Virus record (IMG/VR): IMGVR_UViG_3300027586_000003
Coordinates: 1-64,000 of that record
Length of the DNA stretch: 64,000 nucleotides
Strand: one strand, 5' to 3'
From: a virus
This document shows positions 58,974-64,000 of the stretch, piece after piece (position 1 is the stretch's first letter; every line of letters begins with the position of its first letter). Made by a program: the position numbers and the translations under genes. The notes beneath the pieces are model-generated. The model saw nothing but the letters and a program-made list of their open reading frames with translations, was not told where the DNA came from and ran no database searches.

Positions 58974-59951
58974 TTACACTGTCCCTATGACGAACAGTGG
59001 ATCGGGAAGACCAGCGGTGAAATTCCGCGTTGCCACAAACGAGAGTCCGCCGATGCGAGGCGTTGCCGCGCCGAACGCCATGCCGCCCTGCTTAATGGCA
59101 GCTTTGGTGATCGTCACTTTGGGGTCGCCAGCTACGTAGCCTCCAATTACAAGGTCGTTACCAGCAGCAGAAAAGCTTCCGCCGCGCTTTGTAGTGGTTT
59201 CCTGAAGCCCGGTTGCGACAAGAAGCTGCGCCTCCGTTAAGCCAAGCGGCATACAGCTTGCCGACGCATTCAAGTCGGCGAAAACCATGTCTACCACACC
59301 CAGTTCGTCCGTCTCAATCGGCTTCAAGGACATATCGAAGCTCACTTTGAACCCGTTGGATGAATTGAAATTAGTAAAACCGGCCACCGTTCCCCACGTC
59401 GCTTGGTAGCCAACGGTTTTAATGTCGGTGAGCAATAGGGTGCCAAGGTCGGCATCAGTGAACGCGCCTGCGGCTATTGTCATCAAGTTGTTGGCATCGT
59501 TCCAGTCCGTGTTGTCTTCACCGATTCCAGTGAACGTGACCGAGCCGATAGAAGTCTTCGTAGCGGACAACTCCAAGTCAGGCATTTTGGTGATAGCGGC
59601 GGACTTGAGCGTAATCACAGTGCCAGCAAGCGTGTTAATGACTAGCGGAAAGTCCGTGCCTGAGTTGGGCGTGGCGTAACTGGCCGGGTGGAAGATTGAT
59701 TTTCCGAGCCGCATTGCAGAGAACGGCCAAAGCACGTTAATGAAGTCTGTCGTAAGCGCACCAACCGGGGTGAACGAAACCTCTACCTTGCGGGCGGTAA
59801 TACGCTCGTCCAGCTTGCCGTGCGCGGAGGACTCCACGTTGAACGTGTCAAGCGAAGTGGAAAGCTGAATGTCATCCTTGGCGAAAAACTTCTGGCCGCG
59901 ATACGTGACCATCGCTGGCCCTTTGATGATATTATTGCGGATAATTGGCAT
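58974..59951 (-). CDS. major tail tube protein
   Basis: start MPIIRNNIIKGPA; beta-rich, appears to be a duplicated tube fold; follows the tail terminator. Confidence 0.7.
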   Translation of the reverse strand: MPIIRNNIIKGPAMVTYRGQKFFAKDDIQLSTSLDTFNVESSAHGKLDERITARKVEVSFTPVGALTTDFINVLWPFSAMRLGKSIFHPASYATPNSGTDFPLVINTLAGTVITLKSAAITKMPDLELSATKTSIGSVTFTGIGEDNTDWNDANNLMTIAAGAFTDADLGTLLLTDIKTVGYQATWGTVAGFTNFNSSNGFKVSFDMSLKPIETDELGVVDMVFADLNASASCMPLGLTEAQLLVATGLQETTTKRGGSFSAAGNDLVIGGYVAGDPKVTITKAAIKQGGMAFGAATPRIGGLSFVATRNFTAGLPDPLFVIGTV

Positions 59952-59962
59952 ATTTTTTTTAG

Positions 59963-60685
59963 TTAAGTGAACACTGCACGAACAACATCGCTTGCAATCC
60001 AGCCTGCTTTGAACGCGCAAGCTCGTATGCTTTTTGAGTTCGTAACAGAAAAAGGAACGCTGTAAAGAGAAGAGTTCACATTCCCGGCATAGGGATGCGA
60101 GCCGTCCATAGTGTAATAAATTGCCGCCCCGGACGTGCTACAAGTCAGCGTCACGGTCTGAGGTGCAGCCCCCTCTTTTGGACTGGCTACCGGCTGCGAC
60201 ACTTTTAGGTAGGGTTCGCTGTCCGCTTCGTCCGTCTCAAACCTTACCTCGAAAGCGACTGGGGCCAAAGGGTCGTCCACAGGGATGATGCAACTCGACA
60301 GCGGTCGGAACGGCTGGCCGAAGCCATGCGGGCGGAAACCTGCAAGCAAGTCGAACAGTCGGCGCACGATAGCCGTAGCTGACATCAGTGTGCCGGTTGC
60401 GCCTTGATTCACCACTGGGTCTTCCAGCACGCGAAAGGCAAGCCCGATGGTCAATGGCGCACCCGGAACCCCAATCAGTCCGGGGTCTAGCTTCGCCGTC
60501 GGGGCCAGCACGATGATGCACGCGCCCACCTTGCTGCCGCGCTCGTTAAACGTGCCGAGCGAGGAAACCACATCATTCAGAATGTCGCCTTTGCGCTGAT
60601 TGATGACCGCCACCTGAGCAAGTCCGGCGTCAGCAACTACCCGGTAGTAGCCTTCATCTTGAAGATTTGTAATGCTGTCACTCAT
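59963..60685 (-). CDS. tail terminator-like protein fused to an Fn3-associated (chitobiase C-terminal) domain
   Basis: C-terminal P..SP..G....TVTL.....GA.IYYT.DGS.P...LY..PF; position before the tube. Confidence 0.7.
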   Translation of the reverse strand: MSDSITNLQDEGYYRVVADAGLAQVAVINQRKGDILNDVVSSLGTFNERGSKVGACIIVLAPTAKLDPGLIGVPGAPLTIGLAFRVLEDPVVNQGATGTLMSATAIVRRLFDLLAGFRPHGFGQPFRPLSSCIIPVDDPLAPVAFEVRFETDEADSEPYLKVSQPVASPKEGAAPQTVTLTCSTSGAAIYYTMDGSHPYAGNVNSSLYSVPFSVTNSKSIRACAFKAGWIASDVVRAVFT

Positions 60686-61227
60686 GCTAACGCCTTCCCA
60701 ACTGCATCGTTAATTACTTCTTCAAACCGGTCAGCAGACGGCACCACTGCCGGGTCGCCAGCCTGTCGGACTGACTCTTTCATCACGAACATTCGCCTAC
60801 CTGTCATTGGTTCAGCCAAGGCCACCATGCGTGGGCTGCCGTTGATGTAGCGGATGACCGGCTCAAGATTCATGCTGCGCGGTGACTTGCCGTGCGCAAG
60901 GGCGTCAACCGGGATAGCGAGGTAGCGGCCATTTTTCGCAGTGATTACACCGCCGTAAATCCGCTGATTCACGCCCGGCCCGGTCGTCGTGACTCTTGCC
61001 CCCTCCTGCGTTTCAGAGGCCACCGTGTTTCCAGCGAGCTTTTGGTAATAACCAGTCGTAGTCCCGCCCAACTTGTTTGGGTGCGAGCCTCCGTAGCTGA
61101 CCAAGTGCTGCTTTATCTCATCCCTAACTGCCTTCGCTGCAATCATCGCAACCGCCTTCGGATTGAGCTTAGATTTGACGCGCTCAATCTCGGCGAGAAT
61201 GTCACCCTTGATGGTGATGGTGGTCAC
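60682..61227 (-). CDS. neck / tail-completion protein
   Basis: YGGVITAKNGRYLAIP motif, position; GTG start just after the upstream stop. Confidence 0.65.
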   Translation of the reverse strand: MTTITIKGDILAEIERVKSKLNPKAVAMIAAKAVRDEIKQHLVSYGGSHPNKLGGTTTGYYQKLAGNTVASETQEGARVTTTGPGVNQRIYGGVITAKNGRYLAIPVDALAHGKSPRSMNLEPVIRYINGSPRMVALAEPMTGRRMFVMKESVRQAGDPAVVPSADRFEEVINDAVGKALA

Positions 61228-61232
61228 GATAA

Positions 61233-61664
61233 CTACACTGTTCGCGGCCCGAACTTGGCATCCAACTCTTTCAGATACGCCTCCATCTCCGGTGACTGCT
61301 CCCACACCGTCCCGTCATCCGGCACAAGGCGGCGGTCAACATCCTTCGGAAACTGCGTGAAGCTCGCTACGTCATTCGGCGTTGGCAACAATTCGACAGC
61401 CCGCGCCGGGTCATCCATCGGCACCACGGACAGATTGTAGTTTCCGCACAGCCTGATAAGGCTGTCGCAGAACAACTCCGGCTCGTCGGTGATGTCCACG
61501 CTCCGCTCGCTCTCCGGGTCAAAAAAGTCCTGCTTGACGACCATTTCCGTCGCGGCGGTGTCCGTCCAGCGCATCCTGCCGTCCGGCAGAAACTCAATCT
61601 CACCAGCCCAAATTCTCGCCTGTGTTTCACGCGAAAACTCCTGAATTTGAATGTGACGGCTCAT
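61233..61664 (-). CDS. acidic protein coupled to the kinase (candidate immunity protein)
   Basis: ATGA overlap with the kinase stop, D/E-rich. Confidence 0.6.
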   Translation of the reverse strand: MSRHIQIQEFSRETQARIWAGEIEFLPDGRMRWTDTAATEMVVKQDFFDPESERSVDITDEPELFCDSLIRLCGNYNLSVVPMDDPARAVELLPTPNDVASFTQFPKDVDRRLVPDDGTVWEQSPEMEAYLKELDAKFGPRTV

Positions 61665-63385
61665 GGTGCTCTCAGTCTAGCAAGGAAATTATCCGCATCT
61701 TTCGTCCCATGCGCCGACTTGCGCATCGCCTTGAAAAAAGTCGGGTTTGCGCCGCCGCTGGCATGAAGCATGGGTTGCAGATTAGCCGCACGCTGTTTCA
61801 TTGTCGAGACTGAACCGGGCAACAATCCATGCGTTGCTCCAAAGGTGTCAAGCCACGTTGCGAATTCTGGAGAATTTACTTTTCTTGAAAGCTCTGAAAC
61901 TCTCCGGTCTGCCGCTGCATCCATCTGAACCTCGTGCGCAAAAACCATCGCCGTAGAGACGTTGCCCCCAACAAGCCCGGTGTGCTCGTAGGTGTGGTGG
62001 CTCTCTGGCAACGTCAATCCGTGGTCAATTGGATGAAGCCTTCCAACCTTGTCAACCATCATGTTGCCACTATGTCGGTCAGTGTTTCCAGTGATGTAGT
62101 CAAGCACTGCCAACTCCGCCAACCTAGACTTGTCATTATCCCAAAGTTTCGGCCAAAACTTCTTTGCGCGAACCTCATCCCCGTAAGCGTTTTTGGTAGG
62201 CACTGAATCAGGATCGAAGTCAATCAACGATTGCAGTGAGCCTTTCTTGCCGTCCACTATCACCATCGCTGTTATGGAATGCTCAATCCCAAGTTGTTTT
62301 GCAATATCGTAGGAGGCAACCTCACGCTTCGCGCCGCTAACTGCACGATCATCAATGTTCGATCTGGCACCCTTACCTTCACCCGATTCCGGCTTGAAGA
62401 CGCCTTTCGTAACGGTTCCGTCGGCTGCGGTAGCCTTCAGAATGAAAGACTGGCTGTAGTTTTGCCTGCCGCCCAACTTGTCCAATTTTCTTGTGGTTGA
62501 AGTTGCAATATCGCCCGCCACTTTCTGCTGTTCGGCGTGAATGTTGGATTGGAAATTTCCGGGTGTGACTGGCGCAATTGGCTGCGCTGCCGGGGCGGCT
62601 TGGGCTACGGGGGCCACGGGGCGCATCGAATTTCGCTCCATGTGCGCTATCACGTCCTGCTGCCACCTTTTAATCCGTGGGGCAGCACCGTTCAGATTCA
62701 CGCCGCGCACAGCAGCCACGTCGTTGCGATAAATCGCCTGATTGATTGCGGCGATTCCAGCCCTTCCGATTGGTGCGTGTGCCTGTGGCCTAATGACTGG
62801 CGCACGCGGTGGCAGATGTTGCGCCGCTGCTTGCCGTGCAATAATCGCCGCTTGGCCTCGCAACGGGCCAGCCGCCGGGGGTTGCACTGCTGCCTGCCGT
62901 GCGATGTCCGCCGCGATTTTAGCGTCACGGACGGCCTGTGCGTTGGCTTCGGCGGCACGGGCGTTGTGTTCGGCCACAATGACCGCCCGGCGGGCGTCCT
63001 CTGGCGACGGAACTGGCAATGGGGCCGGTCGCTGAATCGCCGGGCGTGCGGCCTGCGGCGGTGGAGCCGTGTCCGGTCTGCCGGGGAGCGCACGGCGAGG
63101 GGGCCACTCGGCTGACATCGGATTCGGTTTCTCAACATCCGCCACCCGTTGCAGCCTGCCGCCGACCTTGGCGTAGTGCTTCCTGCCAAACTTGGGTATC
63201 TTCCCAATATCGCCTTGATTACCAGCCCCAGCCCCGACGTGGCACTTCAGGTCGCCTGCGATGAATCCGTCGCCGCACGCCTTACCACCACGCACACGGG
63301 CGTTTGCCAGCGTGCGTGCCGTGCGAACAATCTCGGCGTATGCTTGGTTGAGCATTTTTTGGAAATTAACTAAGCCGCTTGCCAT
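61661..63385 (-). CDS. PI3K/PI4K/HipA-like kinase with N-terminal CG...I.....C motif and Pro/Ala linker
   Basis: VFKP, REVA.Y, GSLQ, LDY..GN.DRH.GN, IDHG. Confidence 0.85.
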   Translation of the reverse strand: MASGLVNFQKMLNQAYAEIVRTARTLANARVRGGKACGDGFIAGDLKCHVGAGAGNQGDIGKIPKFGRKHYAKVGGRLQRVADVEKPNPMSAEWPPRRALPGRPDTAPPPQAARPAIQRPAPLPVPSPEDARRAVIVAEHNARAAEANAQAVRDAKIAADIARQAAVQPPAAGPLRGQAAIIARQAAAQHLPPRAPVIRPQAHAPIGRAGIAAINQAIYRNDVAAVRGVNLNGAAPRIKRWQQDVIAHMERNSMRPVAPVAQAAPAAQPIAPVTPGNFQSNIHAEQQKVAGDIATSTTRKLDKLGGRQNYSQSFILKATAADGTVTKGVFKPESGEGKGARSNIDDRAVSGAKREVASYDIAKQLGIEHSITAMVIVDGKKGSLQSLIDFDPDSVPTKNAYGDEVRAKKFWPKLWDNDKSRLAELAVLDYITGNTDRHSGNMMVDKVGRLHPIDHGLTLPESHHTYEHTGLVGGNVSTAMVFAHEVQMDAAADRRVSELSRKVNSPEFATWLDTFGATHGLLPGSVSTMKQRAANLQPMLHASGGANPTFFKAMRKSAHGTKDADNFLARLRAP

Positions 63386-63416
63386 GTCAATAGCGATGCT
63401 TTTTAGTTTGCGGCAA

Positions 63417-64000
63417 CTATGTCACCATGCGACTGACTCTTGCAGCCGCCCATGTTTGCCCCGCGTCTCCGCCCCACAATGCCCACGCAATGCGGCCTGC
63501 GGAGGGAAAGCCATCTTCATTAGGCGTAAAACCTTGCCCCTTTTTATCAACTTCGTGTCGCGCAAAAAACGAGTGCATCCGCTTAACGGTGTCGTCGGAA
63601 AGATTTGATTCGTTGCTAATGTCCCTAGCGCGAGCAACCCCGACCTCGGTTCCTCCTCGGTTGTGTTCTCTGCGCCAAGCCAGACCGCGAGCGGCTTCCT
63701 CAATCATGTCTTTGCTCGGCTTGTTCTGAGATTTCTCAAACTCGGCAGAGTTGTTGAATGACTCGCCGCACGGTTGCCCGCTGTTCGCCAAGGCAACCGG
63801 CCCGTCGCACGCCGCCATCAATTCATCGAAGCTGAACTTGCCACGGTTCCGTAGCTGAACGTCCCGCTCAGTGACGCCGCCGACCAAGTTCTTAACCTGC
63901 TTGGCGAAGTGCAACATCTCGTCGAATCCGCGACTCGCCGCGTCCTTGATTGAGTCGTAGCTGTTGTGGAACATGGCTTTTGGAATCTCGTCCACGACCT
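63417..64000 (-). CDS. head-associated protein (AWALWGGDAG type), N-terminus beyond the window
   Basis: A.RGL.WR, GGT.VG.ARA, RM.SFFARH, PSAG.IAWALWGG. Confidence 0.8.
   Translation of the reverse strand, partial: VVDEIPKAMFHNSYDSIKDAASRGFDEMLHFAKQVKNLVGGVTERDVQLRNRGKFSFDELMAACDGPVALANSGQPCGESFNNSAEFEKSQNKPSKDMIEEAARGLAWRREHNRGGTEVGVARARDISNESNLSDDTVKRMHSFFARHEVDKKGQGFTPNEDGFPSAGRIAWALWGGDAGQTWAAARVSRMVT

Noticed and set aside
58506-58974. Tail assembly chaperone with programmed -1 frameshift
   Set aside because: No slippery heptamer with an overlapping second frame was found, and the gene is not adjacent to the tape measure.

Overview
A 64-kb segment of a large tailed dsDNA phage (or prophage). 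Essentially all real genes are on the minus strand; the plus-strand ORFs look like antisense shadows. Right to left: head-associated genes including a PI3K/PI4K/HipA-like kinase (61.2-64 kb); neck, tail terminator and tail tube (58.5-61.3 kb); about 24 kb of fibre/adhesin genes including a 2499-aa mosaic fibre and a 3351-aa protein with eight 7-bladed Asp-box propellers; an unusual tape measure, hub and tail tip (24-35 kb); then about 24 kb of small accessory genes. The accessory region holds the terminase subunits, SSB, a metallophosphoesterase, an amidoligase plus class II glutamine amidotransferase pair, a SleB-like hydrolase, a lipoprotein lipase and an alarmone-hydrolase pseudogene. No tRNA, CRISPR array, integrase or reverse transcriptase was seen. 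The most striking non-coding structure is an array of integron attC-like sites at 6.85-8.31 kb: the genes run antisense to the classical cassette orientation and start/stop inside the attC hairpins. There is also a family of about 13 ACACTTGAC-type promoters, several with spacer hairpins and some leaderless starts, and a recurrent ACAACGACA leader motif in place of Shine-Dalgarno. A PVC-superphylum (Verrucomicrobia-like) host is an inference only. All family assignments come from motif recognition by eye; no searches were run.
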